Source of the DNA: Planctomycetota bacterium | GTDB lineage: Bacteria; Planctomycetota; B15-G4; SIAN01 | Direction: 5' to 3' | Assembly: GCA_031409275.1 (NCBI GenBank) | Contig: JANNXA010000016.1 | Location: forward strand, 32,001-96,000 | DNA length: 64,000 nt | Part shown: one piece after another, positions 10,513 to 20,854 of the stretch | Position numbering within the stretch: the stretch's first letter is position 1 | How the letters are laid out: each line of letters begins with the position of its first letter | Notes under the pieces: model-generated | Seen by the model: only the letters and a program-made list of their open reading frames with translations | The model's database searches: none | What the model was told of the DNA's origin: nothing | Program-made: the position numbers and the translations under genes

Positions 10513-12027
10513 ATGCGACGAATCACGACGCTCCTGCTGTTGCTGCTGCCCGCCTTTCTTGCGGTGCCGGCAGCGAGCTGCACTCCGCGCGAGCCGCGAC
10601 TGCAGGAAGTCGCAGTCACACCACCCACGAACGGAGTCGTCCCCGAAAAGCGCCCGCTCCCGCTGCCGCCCGCGCGCAAGCGCAACGTCTTCTTAATCAC
10701 CATCGACACGCTGCGCGCCGACCACCTCGGCGCCTACGGCTACCCGCGCAACACCTCGCCGAACCTCGACCGCTTCGCGCGGGAGAACGTGCTGTTTCGC
10801 GAGCCCTTGGCGCAGTGGCCGAAGACCTCGCCGAGCTTCGTCTCGATGCTCTCCGGCCTCCACCCGCAGACGACCGGGCTCACCCGTCTCTGCCCGCTGC
10901 AGATCGCCGAAGAGATGACGATGGTCGCCGAGCGCTTCGGGTCCGGCGGCTACCACACGCTCGCGGTCGTCTCCAATCCGAACCTCGACGCGCAGTTCGG
11001 CTTCGCGCAGGGCTTCGACGACTACTCCGAGGGTTGGAAGCCCGAACAGGAAAAGCGTCTCACGACGAAGGGAAAGCAGCGCGGGCCGGCGAGCTACGCG
11101 CAGTTCATCAATCGCCACGCCTTCTCCGCGCTCGACCGCGCCGGCACGAAAGAGGGCGTGTTCGCCTGGATCCACTACACCGATCCGCACGCTCCCTACC
11201 AGCCGCCCGCCGAGTACGCGAACCGCTTCGTCCGCGACCCCTGGTACGACCCGACGCGCATGGTCGACTTCACCGCGAGCAACGACGCATGCTTCGGCGG
11301 CGTCCGACCCTTCGCACAGCTCGAAGAGCATCGCGAGCTCGCCTACTACGTCGCGCAGTACGACGCCGCGATCTTCACCGTCGACGAGCAGATCGGGGAG
11401 CTCTTCAAGGGACTGAAGGCGCGCAATCTTCTGGATGACGCGCTCGTGATCATCACGGCCGACCACGGCGAGGCGTTGGGAGAGCACGACTACTACTTCG
11501 ATCACGGCGCGCTTCCCTACCAGGACTGCATTCGGGTGCCGCTGATGATGACGATGCCGGGCCTCGCCGCCCCGGTCACGATCGCGCAACCGGTCGGCCT
11601 CATCGACCTGGTGCCGACGATGCTCTCGTTCGCCGGGCTGCCGGCCGACCCGCGGCTCGAGGGGAGCGATCTCCTGCCGGTGATTCGTGGCGACGCGGAG
11701 CCGAGCGACTTCGTGGTGATGGGCGCGGGCTACGCAACCGACCACCAGCACGCCATCCGAGCCGGTCGTTGGAAGCTGATCTACGTGCCGTCCGAAACGG
11801 AACGTGCGTTCATGACCGGCGCCGAGTGGGAGCTCTACGACCTCGAGGTCGATCCCGGCGAGTTGCACGACCGCGCGGCCGAGCGCCCCGAAATCGTCGA
11901 ATCGCTGCGCCTCAAGCTCCTGGAATGGCTCGCGACTCATCACTCGGACGGCAGCAGCGCGGGCGGCGCGATCGCGCTCGATCCGCGCACCGAAGAGCTG
12001 CTGCGCAAGCTCGGCTACATCAAGTAG
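10513..12027 (+). CDS. Sulfatase-like hydrolase/transferase (alkaline phosphatase superfamily)
   Basis: NVFLITIDTLRADHL, TSPNLD, WIHYTDPHAPY, ADHGE..EH..HG, LYDLEVDPGE, LRKLGY. The active-site segment is KTSPSF (Thr-type) rather than the canonical C/S-x-P-x-R. Confidence 0.85.
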   Translation: MRRITTLLLLLLPAFLAVPAASCTPREPRLQEVAVTPPTNGVVPEKRPLPLPPARKRNVFLITIDTLRADHLGAYGYPRNTSPNLDRFARENVLFREPLAQWPKTSPSFVSMLSGLHPQTTGLTRLCPLQIAEEMTMVAERFGSGGYHTLAVVSNPNLDAQFGFAQGFDDYSEGWKPEQEKRLTTKGKQRGPASYAQFINRHAFSALDRAGTKEGVFAWIHYTDPHAPYQPPAEYANRFVRDPWYDPTRMVDFTASNDACFGGVRPFAQLEEHRELAYYVAQYDAAIFTVDEQIGELFKGLKARNLLDDALVIITADHGEALGEHDYYFDHGALPYQDCIRVPLMMTMPGLAAPVTIAQPVGLIDLVPTMLSFAGLPADPRLEGSDLLPVIRGDAEPSDFVVMGAGYATDHQHAIRAGRWKLIYVPSETERAFMTGAEWELYDLEVDPGELHDRAAERPEIVESLRLKLLEWLATHHSDGSSAGGAIALDPRTEELLRKLGYIK

Positions 12028-12039
12028 CGCGAGTGGCGG

Positions 12040-14364
12040 TCACTTCTCGTGCGCGAGCGCTCGCGCCAGCTCCTCGCGGCCGCGCGCCAGCCGCGGATCC
12101 TGATGGTGACGGCGGTCGGCCACCGCGACGGCCTCCTTCAGATGCGGCAGCGCGGCGTCGACCTCGCCGGCATCGACGAGCGCCAGCCCGAGCTGCAGCA
12201 GCGAACCGAGGCGCGCCGGCGAATCGACTTCGTAGTGCCTGCTGCGGATCGCCAGCGCGTCCTCGAAGAGCGGCACCGCCTCGGCCGGGCGCCCATCGGC
12301 CGCCTTGAGCTCGCCGAGCAGCGCCAGCGACCAGCCGATGTTGGGGCTCATCGCGTCGAAGAGGCCGCGGCGGATCTCGAGGCTGCGTTCGAAGAGCGCC
12401 TCTGCCTCGCTCCACTGCTCGAGCGCGCGCAGCACGCGGCCCAACGTGTCGAGCGCGATGCAGTAGCGCGGATCGGCTTCCGGCAGCAGCGTCGTGGTCA
12501 ACGCCAGCGCGGCGCGCGCCGGCGCCTCGGCGGCCGCCGTTTCGCCCGCCGCCAGCGAGTTGAGGGCCTGCGCGACCTGCAACCCCGCCATCACCGGGCG
12601 CTCCGGCCCGCCCGTCGGGCGCACCCGCTCGATCGTCGCGCGTAGCAGCCGATCCGCCTCGGGGAAGCGGTTCACCGCGGTGTACGACAACGCGAGGTCG
12701 TTGGCGATGAGCGTCCACTGCTCGCCCGGATCACCGAGCTCGTCGCACATCGCCAGCGCCTGCTGCAGGTGGCCGATCGACGCCTCGTAGCGCGCCGAGT
12801 TTCGCTCGGCCCAGCCGAGCCAGCGCAGAAGCTCGAGTCGATGGGCGGCGTCGAGCGCGCCGCTCGCGTCGGCCAACGCCTGCGCCTTCTCGAACTGCGC
12901 CGCCGCCCACCCCGCGTAGCCGAGCGAGCCGTTCACCCGACCGAGCGCGATGCGCAGCTCGACCTCGAGCGCGGGCTCGTCCTTCAGCAGCCCCTTCTCG
13001 AGCTCGTCGTTGGCGAACTTGAGCTGCTTGTTCAGCGATTCGCCGAAGCCGCGCGCCGAGCTCGGCTCGAGCTGCACCAGCATCTCTCGCAGCAGCTTGT
13101 TGACGCGCGCCGCCGCGTCGGCGTTGCGCCGCGCCTTGCGCGACCCGGAGACGAGCCCCGCGGCGCCCGCTGAAAGCGCGAACAGCGCGATCAGCAGCGC
13201 CGCGGCCAGCGCGCGCCGCCGCCTCAAGAACTTGGCGGTCAGGTAGACGAATCCGGGCGGCCGCGCGACGATCGGCTCGTGGGCGAGGTGGCGGCGCAGA
13301 TCGGCGGCGAGCTGGTCGACCGTCGCGTAGCGCCGCTCCGCTTCGGGCGCGATCGCATTGGCGACGATCGCGTCGAGGTCGCCGCGCAGCCGGCGCCGCA
13401 GCCGGGCCGGATCGGCCTCGCCGCGCGCATGCGCTGCCGCCGCGTCGATCGCCGTCGCGCTCGGCCTCGGAGGCGTCGTCTCGCAGATGGCGCGCTCGAG
13501 GTCGGTCGGCGAAGTCTCCGATTCGCGCCACGGTCGGCTGCCGGTCAGCAGCTCGTGGAGCATCACGCCGAGCGAGAAGACGTCGCTCGCCACCGTGACC
13601 GGCGCGCCGCGCACCACCTCGGGGCTTGCGTACTCGGGGGTGAGGCGCCGTTCGCGCGTGCGCGGCGCCTCCTCGCCGTCGATCGGCTCGAGCAGTTTCG
13701 CGATGCCGAAGTCGAGCAGCTTCGCGGCCCCGTCGGCGCCGATCAGCACGTTGCTCGGCTTCAGGTCGCGATGGATGACCAGCCGTTGGTGCGAGTACTG
13801 GACCGCCGCGCAGACGTCGAGGAAGAGGCGCAGCCGCGCATCGACGGACAGGCGCCGCTCGTCGCACCAGCGGTCGAGCCGCGTGCCGACGACCAGCTCC
13901 ATGACGAGGTAGGGCACCCCTTCCGGGGTCGCACCGCCGTCGATCAGCCGCGCGATGTTCGGGTGGGAAAGTCCGGCGAGGAGCTGCCGCTCGCGACGAA
14001 AGCGCTCGAACGCCTCGGCGCGCTCGACGCCGTGCTTCAGCAGCTTCAGCGCGACCTGCTGCTCGAAGGCGCCATCGTCGCGCGCCGCGCGGTAGACCAC
14101 CCCCATGCCGCCAGCGCCGAGCCGCTCGAGGACGCGCCACCGCTCGATCGTCCGGCCGATCCATGGGTCGGCCGCCTGCTCCAGCAGCCCGCGTGCGCCG
14201 GCGTCGTCGTCGACCGCGAGCAGCGCCGACACTTCGGCGCGCAACGCCTCGTCGCCGCGGCACTGCTCGGCGAGGAACGCGGTGTGACGCTCGCGCGGCA
14301 GCTCCTTCGCGGCGGCGAAGAGCGCTTCGAGTCGCTGCAGTCGTTGGCGATCGGCATCACTCAT
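12040..14364 (-). CDS. Hanks-type Ser/Thr kinase with TM segment and C-terminal TPR repeats
   Basis: LGAGGMGVVY, VALKLL, HRDLKPSN, DFGIAK, TPEYASPE, hydrophobic segment ALAAALLIALFALSAG, TPR-like helices. Confidence 0.93.
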   Translation of the reverse strand: MSDADRQRLQRLEALFAAAKELPRERHTAFLAEQCRGDEALRAEVSALLAVDDDAGARGLLEQAADPWIGRTIERWRVLERLGAGGMGVVYRAARDDGAFEQQVALKLLKHGVERAEAFERFRRERQLLAGLSHPNIARLIDGGATPEGVPYLVMELVVGTRLDRWCDERRLSVDARLRLFLDVCAAVQYSHQRLVIHRDLKPSNVLIGADGAAKLLDFGIAKLLEPIDGEEAPRTRERRLTPEYASPEVVRGAPVTVASDVFSLGVMLHELLTGSRPWRESETSPTDLERAICETTPPRPSATAIDAAAAHARGEADPARLRRRLRGDLDAIVANAIAPEAERRYATVDQLAADLRRHLAHEPIVARPPGFVYLTAKFLRRRRALAAALLIALFALSAGAAGLVSGSRKARRNADAAARVNKLLREMLVQLEPSSARGFGESLNKQLKFANDELEKGLLKDEPALEVELRIALGRVNGSLGYAGWAAAQFEKAQALADASGALDAAHRLELLRWLGWAERNSARYEASIGHLQQALAMCDELGDPGEQWTLIANDLALSYTAVNRFPEADRLLRATIERVRPTGGPERPVMAGLQVAQALNSLAAGETAAAEAPARAALALTTTLLPEADPRYCIALDTLGRVLRALEQWSEAEALFERSLEIRRGLFDAMSPNIGWSLALLGELKAADGRPAEAVPLFEDALAIRSRHYEVDSPARLGSLLQLGLALVDAGEVDAALPHLKEAVAVADRRHHQDPRLARGREELARALAHEK

Positions 14365-14418
14365 GGCCTGGTGCCGACTCCGCCGGTTCGGCGGTCGCGG
14401 CAGCTCACGAGACGTCGC

Positions 14419-15006
14419 TCACGTCGTGTCGCCGCGACGCAACTCGCGCAGCAGCCAGGCGCGGGCGAACTCCCAATCGCGCTTCACCGTCGCCGGCGAG
14501 GAAGCGAGCGCTTCGGCCGTCTCCTCCACCGAGAGGCCGGCGAAGTAGCGCAACTCGACCACCTTCGCCTTGCGTTCGTCGAGCGCCGCGAGTCGCGTCA
14601 GCGCTTCGTCGAGCGCCAGCAGATCGACTGGCTCCCCGGCATCGGGCGCGGGAAGCCCGGCCACGGCGTCGGTCCCTTCGCGCGCCCGCCCGCCGCCGCG
14701 TTTCTCGCTGCCGCGCTTCTCCGCATGGTGGACCAGCACGCGGCGCATCGCCGTCGCCGCGATCGCGAGGAAATGGGAGCGCGACTCGAAATGCGCCTGC
14801 GTCTGGCCGGCGAGCTTCAGGAACGCCTCGTGCACCAGCGCCGTCGGCTGCAGCGTGTGGCCCGGCTTCTCGCGACGCAGTTGCGCCGAGGCAAGATCGC
14901 GCAACTCCTCGTAGACCAGCGGGAACAGCAGCTCCGCCACCGGCTCGCCGCGCGCGAGGTCGGCGAGGAGTCGGGTCACCTCTTCGGAGCGGTCATCCGC
15001 GGGCAT
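14419..15006 (-). CDS. ECF sigma factor, TIGR02999/ECF43-like
   Basis: VTRLL..LFPLVYEELR..A..LRRE..HTLQPTALVHEAFLKL, KRGG, VELRYFAGLS.EE.A. Lies immediately upstream of the kinase. Confidence 0.92.
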   Translation of the reverse strand: MPADDRSEEVTRLLADLARGEPVAELLFPLVYEELRDLASAQLRREKPGHTLQPTALVHEAFLKLAGQTQAHFESRSHFLAIAATAMRRVLVHHAEKRGSEKRGGGRAREGTDAVAGLPAPDAGEPVDLLALDEALTRLAALDERKAKVVELRYFAGLSVEETAEALASSPATVKRDWEFARAWLLRELRRGDTT

Positions 15007-15231
15007 GGCGCGCGATTGTAGGGGACGGCGCAACCCGATGATTGCCGCGACGGCGCCCGCCGCCCGCGTCCACCGTCGGAAACTTCGTCCTCATCCCGCC
15101 ACGAAGAGGCGCTTCAGCCCGGGGGCGAACGACCTCGCAAGGGCAACCGGCGAACAACTCTCGGGGTCGACGATTCGAGCGGGTTGTGGTTCCGTCGGCG
15201 CAACCTAGAACGCTGCGCCGGAGATTGCGCC

Positions 15232-17370
15232 ATGACCCTGCGTCCACCCCGTTTCATCCGCGCGCTGTCGCTGCTCGCTCCGTTCGCGCTCGCCGCTTGC
15301 GGCGGAGGCGGCGGCGGGTCGCAAGCGGTGCGCAACGTCGCGCCGACGGTGACGCTGGCGCTGCAGGGGCCGTCCATGACGGACGCGGCGACGACGACGG
15401 TCCATGGCCTGGCGAGCAGCGCGGCGGGGATCGCCGAGGTGAGCGCCGGCGGCGTGCTGGCCGCGACCAGCGATGGCTTCGCGACGTTTGGCGTGCAACT
15501 GCCGCTCGTGTTGGGCGACAACGCCTTCAACGTCGTCGCGCGCGACCGGTCCGGCCGCACGAAGACGGTGGCGGTGCCGCCGATCCGGCGCGAGACACCG
15601 CTCTTGGCGGGGGTCAGCGCGAGCGCCATCGACCCGACCGGCAACTTCGGGCTCTCCGCTTCCAACAACCTTCCCAACGAGCTCTTCCTCGTCGACACGA
15701 CCACCGGCGCGCGCACTCGGCTCTCGGGTGCCTTGAACGGCGGCGGGTCATCGCTGCCGGTCACGTTCAGGGCCACGTTCACCGCCGACGGCAAGTCGAT
15801 CCTGCTTTCGACGTTCGGCAATTTCAGCGACGGACCGATCTTCGTCGTCGACACCTCGACCGGTGATCGGACCGCCCTGCCATTGACCGCTCGATTCGCC
15901 GGCGGACTGGCCCACGACCCCAAACGCAAGCTCGTGGTGTACACCACCGGCTCCAGCAAGACGCTGCGCATCGCGAAGCTCGACGGCAGCAGCGACGGGG
16001 TCTTCAGCGACGGCAACGACGGCAAGTCGCCGCCGATGTCGCAGCCAGCCGCCGTCGTGTACGACCCGACCGAGGACGACTACATCGTCGTCGATGAGTC
16101 CGCGACGAACCCTTCCGTGTTGCTGGTCTCCACGATCGACGGATCTCGCAAGCTCCTGTCCGACCTTGCCGACCCGGGAGCAGGGCCGACGGTGGCCTCC
16201 CCCGGCCCGATCGCCATCGACGACGCCAAGCGCGAGCTCTACCTGTTCGCCCAGAACTCGGGAGCGATCGTGCGCATCGACCTGAACAGCGGCACGCGGA
16301 CGATCGCCCTCGCCGCCGATCCCAACCTCGGACCACTCCCGGCCTTGGCCGGGGCGCTCAGCCTCGAGCCGAACAGCGGCCATCTCTTCGTGCCAGAAGG
16401 TCGGCGCTGGATCGAGTACGACCTCGCCGCGCAGCGGCGCACCAGTTTCGCCGACGCGATCGTCGGAAGCGGCACGCCGCTCTTCTTCGATCCCTTCGAC
16501 CCCGACCCCGCCCTTTTCACGACGCCCGATCGGTCACGTCGACGCTTGCTGTTGCATGCCGCGAACCGCGGGATCGACGCGCTCGATCTCGCCACCGGCG
16601 TTCGCGCTCCCCTCGTCGATGGAAGCTCGTCGGCGATCGAGTTCGGCGACGTCGAGGTGGGCGCCGACCTCGATCAACTGCTGGTCATCGATGAAGCGCT
16701 GCCCGGCATCCAGCGCCTCGATGCGAAGACGCTCGCCGCGACGCTGGTCAGCGACGACACCCGCGGAAGCGGGCCGAACTTCGGCGTCGGCACCTCCGCT
16801 CCAACGCAGCTCGCCGTCGATGCAGCCGGAGGCCGCTGCTTCGTGATGGACACGTCGAACCGGCGCCTGCTCGCCGTCGATCTCGCCACCGGCAATCGCG
16901 GCGTGCTCGCAGAGGTTGGCGACGGCAAGCCGACGTTCATCACCTTCCTGTTCGGAATCGCGTACGACTCGTTGACCGCCCGGCTCCTCGCCATCGACAA
17001 CAACCAACCTGGCGTCGTCGTGATCGACCCGGACACCGGCGCGCGCACCCTCTTCGCCAACGTTCCCAACGCCTCGATGCCGGACGTGCCGAAGGGCCTC
17101 TGCTGCATCGACGAGGCGTCGCACGCCCTTCTGGTGGCGCAACGCGACTTCGGTGGCACCCAGTCGCTGATTCGCGTCGACCTCGACGATGCGACGCGCA
17201 GCACGATCTCGTCATCGATCCTGGACATCGGAACCGGGCCCGCCATACGCTCCCTTCGCTCGCTCAGCTGCGACGGCTCAACGGGCCGCGCCTTCGGATT
17301 CGAAACCAGCCTGCTGGCGCTGTTCCAGATCGACCTCGAGAGCGGCGACCGCGTGCTGATCGCGAAGTGA
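15232..17370 (+). CDS. Lipoprotein with Ig-like N-terminal module and beta-propeller repeats (paralogue 1)
   Basis: Lipobox LAA-C followed by GGGGGGS; LVLGDNAFNVVARD Ig-like motif; many (I/V)D..(T/S)G.R blade repeats. Confidence 0.75.
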   Translation: MTLRPPRFIRALSLLAPFALAACGGGGGGSQAVRNVAPTVTLALQGPSMTDAATTTVHGLASSAAGIAEVSAGGVLAATSDGFATFGVQLPLVLGDNAFNVVARDRSGRTKTVAVPPIRRETPLLAGVSASAIDPTGNFGLSASNNLPNELFLVDTTTGARTRLSGALNGGGSSLPVTFRATFTADGKSILLSTFGNFSDGPIFVVDTSTGDRTALPLTARFAGGLAHDPKRKLVVYTTGSSKTLRIAKLDGSSDGVFSDGNDGKSPPMSQPAAVVYDPTEDDYIVVDESATNPSVLLVSTIDGSRKLLSDLADPGAGPTVASPGPIAIDDAKRELYLFAQNSGAIVRIDLNSGTRTIALAADPNLGPLPALAGALSLEPNSGHLFVPEGRRWIEYDLAAQRRTSFADAIVGSGTPLFFDPFDPDPALFTTPDRSRRRLLLHAANRGIDALDLATGVRAPLVDGSSSAIEFGDVEVGADLDQLLVIDEALPGIQRLDAKTLAATLVSDDTRGSGPNFGVGTSAPTQLAVDAAGGRCFVMDTSNRRLLAVDLATGNRGVLAEVGDGKPTFITFLFGIAYDSLTARLLAIDNNQPGVVVIDPDTGARTLFANVPNASMPDVPKGLCCIDEASHALLVAQRDFGGTQSLIRVDLDDATRSTISSSILDIGTGPAIRSLRSLSCDGSTGRAFGFETSLLALFQIDLESGDRVLIAK
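15250..15602 (+). repeat. Near-identical direct repeat, copy 1 (5' part of paralogue 1)
   Basis: Matches 17421-17773 with about 8 mismatches in about 353 nt by manual comparison. Confidence 0.9.
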
Positions 17371-17402
17371 CACCCCACGACCGACGATTTCGGAGAGCCT
17401 CC

Positions 17403-19550
17403 GTGCCCCAGCATCCGCCTCGTTTCATTCGCGCGCTGTCGCTGCTCGCTCCGTTCGCGTTCGCTGCTTGCGGCGGAGGCGGCGGCGGGTCGCAAGCGGT
17501 GCGCAACGTCGCGCCGACGGTGACGCTGGCGCTGCAGGGGCCGTCCATGACGGACGCAGCGACGACGACGGTCCATGGCCTGGCCAGCAGCGCGGCGGGG
17601 ATCGCCGAGGTGAGCGCGGGCGGCGTGCTCGCCGCGACCAGCGATGGCTTCGCGACGTTTGGCGTGCAACTGCCGCTCGTGTTGGGCGACAACGCCTTCA
17701 ACGTCGTCGCGCGCGACCGGTCCGGCCGCACGAAGACGGTGGCGGTGCCGCCGATCCGGCGCGAGACGCCGCTGCTGCGAACGTTCAGAGCGAGCGCCAT
17801 CGACCCGACCGGCGGGCACGGACTCGTCGCTTGCAACCGAACCCCAAGTGAAGTCCTGCTCGTCGACACCACTAGGGGCGCACGCACCCTGATCTCAGGT
17901 CCTGGGAACGGCAACGGCACGTTGCTCGGCGATCCGCTCGATGCCGCCTTCACTGCCGACGGCAACTCGATCCTGGTGTCGACCATCAATCCAGTCGCGA
18001 TGTTCCTGGTGGACGCGGCCAGCGGCGATCGCACGGTCCTTCCGCAGACGGCGAGCTTTGTTGGCGGAATCACCCACGACCCCAAGCGCAAGCGCGCGGT
18101 CTACACCAACAATTTCTTCGCCAAGGCGTTGCGTGCCGTGCCCCTCGCCGGCGGCAGCGACACCGTCCTCAGCGACGGCAACGACGGCAAGTCTCCGCCG
18201 ATGTCGGTGCCGAGTGGCGTGGTGTATGACCCGACGGACGATGACTACCTCGTCGTCGATGCGGACACGAGCGCGCCGACGCTGCTGCTGGTGTCGACGA
18301 TCGACGGCTCGCGCAAGATCCTCTCCGACCTCGTGGATGGCACGGTCGGGCCGACGGTCGCGAAACCGGGGCCGATCGCACTCGACGACGCCAAGCGAGA
18401 GCTCTACTTGTTCGCGCAGACCACGGGCGAGATCGTGCGCATCGACTTGAACAGCGGCACACGGACGCTCGCGCTCGCGGCCGATCCGGCCCTTGGACCG
18501 CTGATCACCTCCGCGGAGACGCTCAGCCTCGACCCGAATAGCGGCCACCTGCTGGCGGCGGACGGCAACTCCGACCATTGGATCGAGTACGACCTCGCCG
18601 CGCAGCGGCGCACCACTTTCGGCGAAGTGACCGTTGGCAGTGGCGACCCGCTCTTCAGCTCCTCGGCCTTTTTCGAGACCCGAGCCTTCGCGACGCCTGA
18701 CCTGACGCGCGGGCGCCTGCTCCTGGCGGCGGAGGATTTCGGTCTCGACGCCCTCGACCTCGCCACCGGCGCTCGCACCCACCTCATCGCGGGAAGCGCG
18801 ACCGCCATCGACTTCCAGAACGTCGCCATCGGCGCGAACGCGAATGAGCTGCTGGTCGCCGATACCGCCCTGCCAGGCATCCAGCGCCTCGACGCGACGA
18901 CGCTCGCCGTGACGCTGGTCAGCAGCAGCACGCGCGGCAGCGGCCCGAACTTCATTTTGGGCACCAGCGGTCCGACGCAGATCGTCGTCGACGCCTCGGG
19001 CGGACGCGGCTTCGTGCTCGACGCGAACGAATCGCGCCTGCTCGCCCTCGACCTCGCGACCGGCGATCGCACCGTCCTGGCGCAGAACGGCGACGGCAAG
19101 CCGGTCCCTCTGTCGTTCCTGCTCGGGATGGCTTTCGACGCCTCGACCAATCGCATCCTCGCCATCGACGCTGTCCAGCCCGGTGTCGTGGTCATCGACG
19201 CAGCGACCGGCGATCGCTCCCTCTTCGCGAACGTGAGCGTCAGCGGAATGTTCGACGTGCCGAAGGGCCTCTGCTGCATCGACGACGCGTCGCGCGCGCT
19301 GCTGGTCGTCGGATCGGTTGCGGGCGCTGGTGGCGTGGTGAACGACGTGATCCGCGTCGACCTCGACGACGCCTCGCGCCAGTTGATCTCGTCGTCCGCA
19401 TCCGGGATCGGCACGGGGCCCGCGCTATTCGAAGTGACCGCGATCAGCTGCGACGGGGCCGCTGGACGCGCCTTCGCCGTCGACGCGAAACTGGACGCGC
19501 TGTTCCAGATCGACCTCGCGAGCGGCGACCGCGTGCTGATCGCGAAGTAG
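17403..19550 (+). CDS. Lipoprotein with Ig-like module and beta-propeller repeats (paralogue 2)
   Basis: Same architecture as paralogue 1 and the same C-terminus (LFQIDL.SGDRVLIAK). The GTG at 17403 is preceded by GGAGAG; an alternative start is at 17367. Confidence 0.75.
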   Translation: MPQHPPRFIRALSLLAPFAFAACGGGGGGSQAVRNVAPTVTLALQGPSMTDAATTTVHGLASSAAGIAEVSAGGVLAATSDGFATFGVQLPLVLGDNAFNVVARDRSGRTKTVAVPPIRRETPLLRTFRASAIDPTGGHGLVACNRTPSEVLLVDTTRGARTLISGPGNGNGTLLGDPLDAAFTADGNSILVSTINPVAMFLVDAASGDRTVLPQTASFVGGITHDPKRKRAVYTNNFFAKALRAVPLAGGSDTVLSDGNDGKSPPMSVPSGVVYDPTDDDYLVVDADTSAPTLLLVSTIDGSRKILSDLVDGTVGPTVAKPGPIALDDAKRELYLFAQTTGEIVRIDLNSGTRTLALAADPALGPLITSAETLSLDPNSGHLLAADGNSDHWIEYDLAAQRRTTFGEVTVGSGDPLFSSSAFFETRAFATPDLTRGRLLLAAEDFGLDALDLATGARTHLIAGSATAIDFQNVAIGANANELLVADTALPGIQRLDATTLAVTLVSSSTRGSGPNFILGTSGPTQIVVDASGGRGFVLDANESRLLALDLATGDRTVLAQNGDGKPVPLSFLLGMAFDASTNRILAIDAVQPGVVVIDAATGDRSLFANVSVSGMFDVPKGLCCIDDASRALLVVGSVAGAGGVVNDVIRVDLDDASRQLISSSASGIGTGPALFEVTAISCDGAAGRAFAVDAKLDALFQIDLASGDRVLIAK
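17421..17773 (+). repeat. Near-identical direct repeat, copy 2 (5' part of paralogue 2)
   Basis: Offset 2171 nt from copy 1. Confidence 0.9.
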
Positions 19551-19558
19551 GGCGAGGA

Positions 19559-19870
19559 TCAGAAGAGGATCGAGAGCGCCATCGAGGCCCCGTTCGCGGC
19601 CAGCGACCAGAGCAGCGCGCGAGTGGCGCCCGGCTTCAGCAGCGCGGCGTAGAGCAACGCTTCGGCCAGCACCACCGTGGCCTCCACCGCGACGAACGAC
19701 GGCACGCTTCCCGTGTAGGCGAGGTTGGCGAGCGGATGGGTGAAGAGGTTGGCGAAGAGGCTCGCCACCAGCAGCGGACGCGCCGGCGTGCGCGCAGTGC
19801 GGGCCAGCAACGCAAGGACGAGCGCCTCGACGCCGACGGTCAAAGCCAGCGCCAGCAGGTAGCGCATCAT
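19559..19870 (-). CDS. Small multi-pass membrane protein
   Basis: MMRYLLALALTVGVEAL...ANLFTHP...VEATVVLAEA...ANGAS, four hydrophobic segments; ATGA overlap with the upstream stop. Confidence 0.7.
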   Translation of the reverse strand: MMRYLLALALTVGVEALVLALLARTARTPARPLLVASLFANLFTHPLANLAYTGSVPSFVAVEATVVLAEALLYAALLKPGATRALLWSLAANGASMALSILF

Positions 19871-20847
19871 GCGGGCGAAGGCGTCGGCAGCGGAGCGCGA
19901 GCGGCGCCCACGACGACGGCCAGGAACAGCGGCCACTCGACGTAGGCGTGGACGACGGCTGCAATCGCGTAGACGCGGCGAGCTTCGACGAACGATTGCC
20001 CAAACATCACCAGCAGCGCGAGGCCGACGACGACGGCCAGCGCGCCGCCGAACGCGACGCGACGAGGCACCGTCGAGGAAGCGCTCCTCGGCGCCGAAGC
20101 CGACGCGGCCGGACTCGCGAGACGCGGCAGCACGTGCAGCACCGTGAAGTAGTGGGAGCACTGCAGGTAGACCGCGGCGGTGAAGAGGCGTGGCGCGAAC
20201 TCCTCGGCGAGCCACGCCGGTGGCAGAAAGGCGCTGAAGTGGTCGTCCACCTCGCCGATGGCGAGGAACGCGCCGTCGCTCGACGGGATCGAGAGGATCT
20301 CGAGCAGCCGATCGCCGCCGCCCGCCAGCAACAGCAGCGGCACCCCGACGAAGGCGAGCAGCGCCAGAGCGAGCGTCGCTCGACGCGCGCCGCCGCGCAG
20401 TCGCTCGGCGAGGAATCCCAACGGCGTCAAGTTGTGCGCGAAGGCCAGCAGCGCGAGCGTGGCCGCCGGCGGTGCGACGAGGCCGAAACCGACGACGAGC
20501 GCCGTGCACGCGAGCGCCGCCACCCGCCGCTGCGCCGGCGCGGCGAATGCGGTGACGAGGAGGAGCGCCGCCAGCAGCGAGAGTTCCAGCGCGCCGCGAT
20601 CGAACGGCAGCGCGACGTGCAGCAAGGCGCTGATGCGCGCCGCCACCAGCAATGCCAGCAGCGCGAGCCACGCGACGACGAGGCGCGGATCGAGACGCGC
20701 GTCGAAGCGCGAGCGCACGTAGCGCAACTCGACCACGACATGCGCGAACCCGAACAGCGCCAGGGTCGCCGCATAGACCACCAGCGGCGCCGCGGCGACG
20801 ACCATCGCCGTGGTCAACGCCAGCGCGAGCAGCGCGATCGCCGCCAT
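19867..20847 (-). CDS. Integral membrane protein of unknown function with four His-containing segments
   Basis: Very hydrophobic 326 aa; FGFAHVVVELRY, AFAHNLTP, LQCSHYF, VVHAYVEWP. Confidence 0.7.
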   Translation of the reverse strand: MAAIALLALALTTAMVVAAAPLVVYAATLALFGFAHVVVELRYVRSRFDARLDPRLVVAWLALLALLVAARISALLHVALPFDRGALELSLLAALLLVTAFAAPAQRRVAALACTALVVGFGLVAPPAATLALLAFAHNLTPLGFLAERLRGGARRATLALALLAFVGVPLLLLAGGGDRLLEILSIPSSDGAFLAIGEVDDHFSAFLPPAWLAEEFAPRLFTAAVYLQCSHYFTVLHVLPRLASPAASASAPRSASSTVPRRVAFGGALAVVVGLALLVMFGQSFVEARRVYAIAAVVHAYVEWPLFLAVVVGAARAPLPTPSPA

Positions 20848-20854
20848 CGCTCGA

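Noticed and set aside
15250..17773. Lipoprotein 5' repeats as a second TR/VR pair
   Set aside because: The mismatches are mostly synonymous third-position changes and are not adenine-specific; both copies are coding N-termini.
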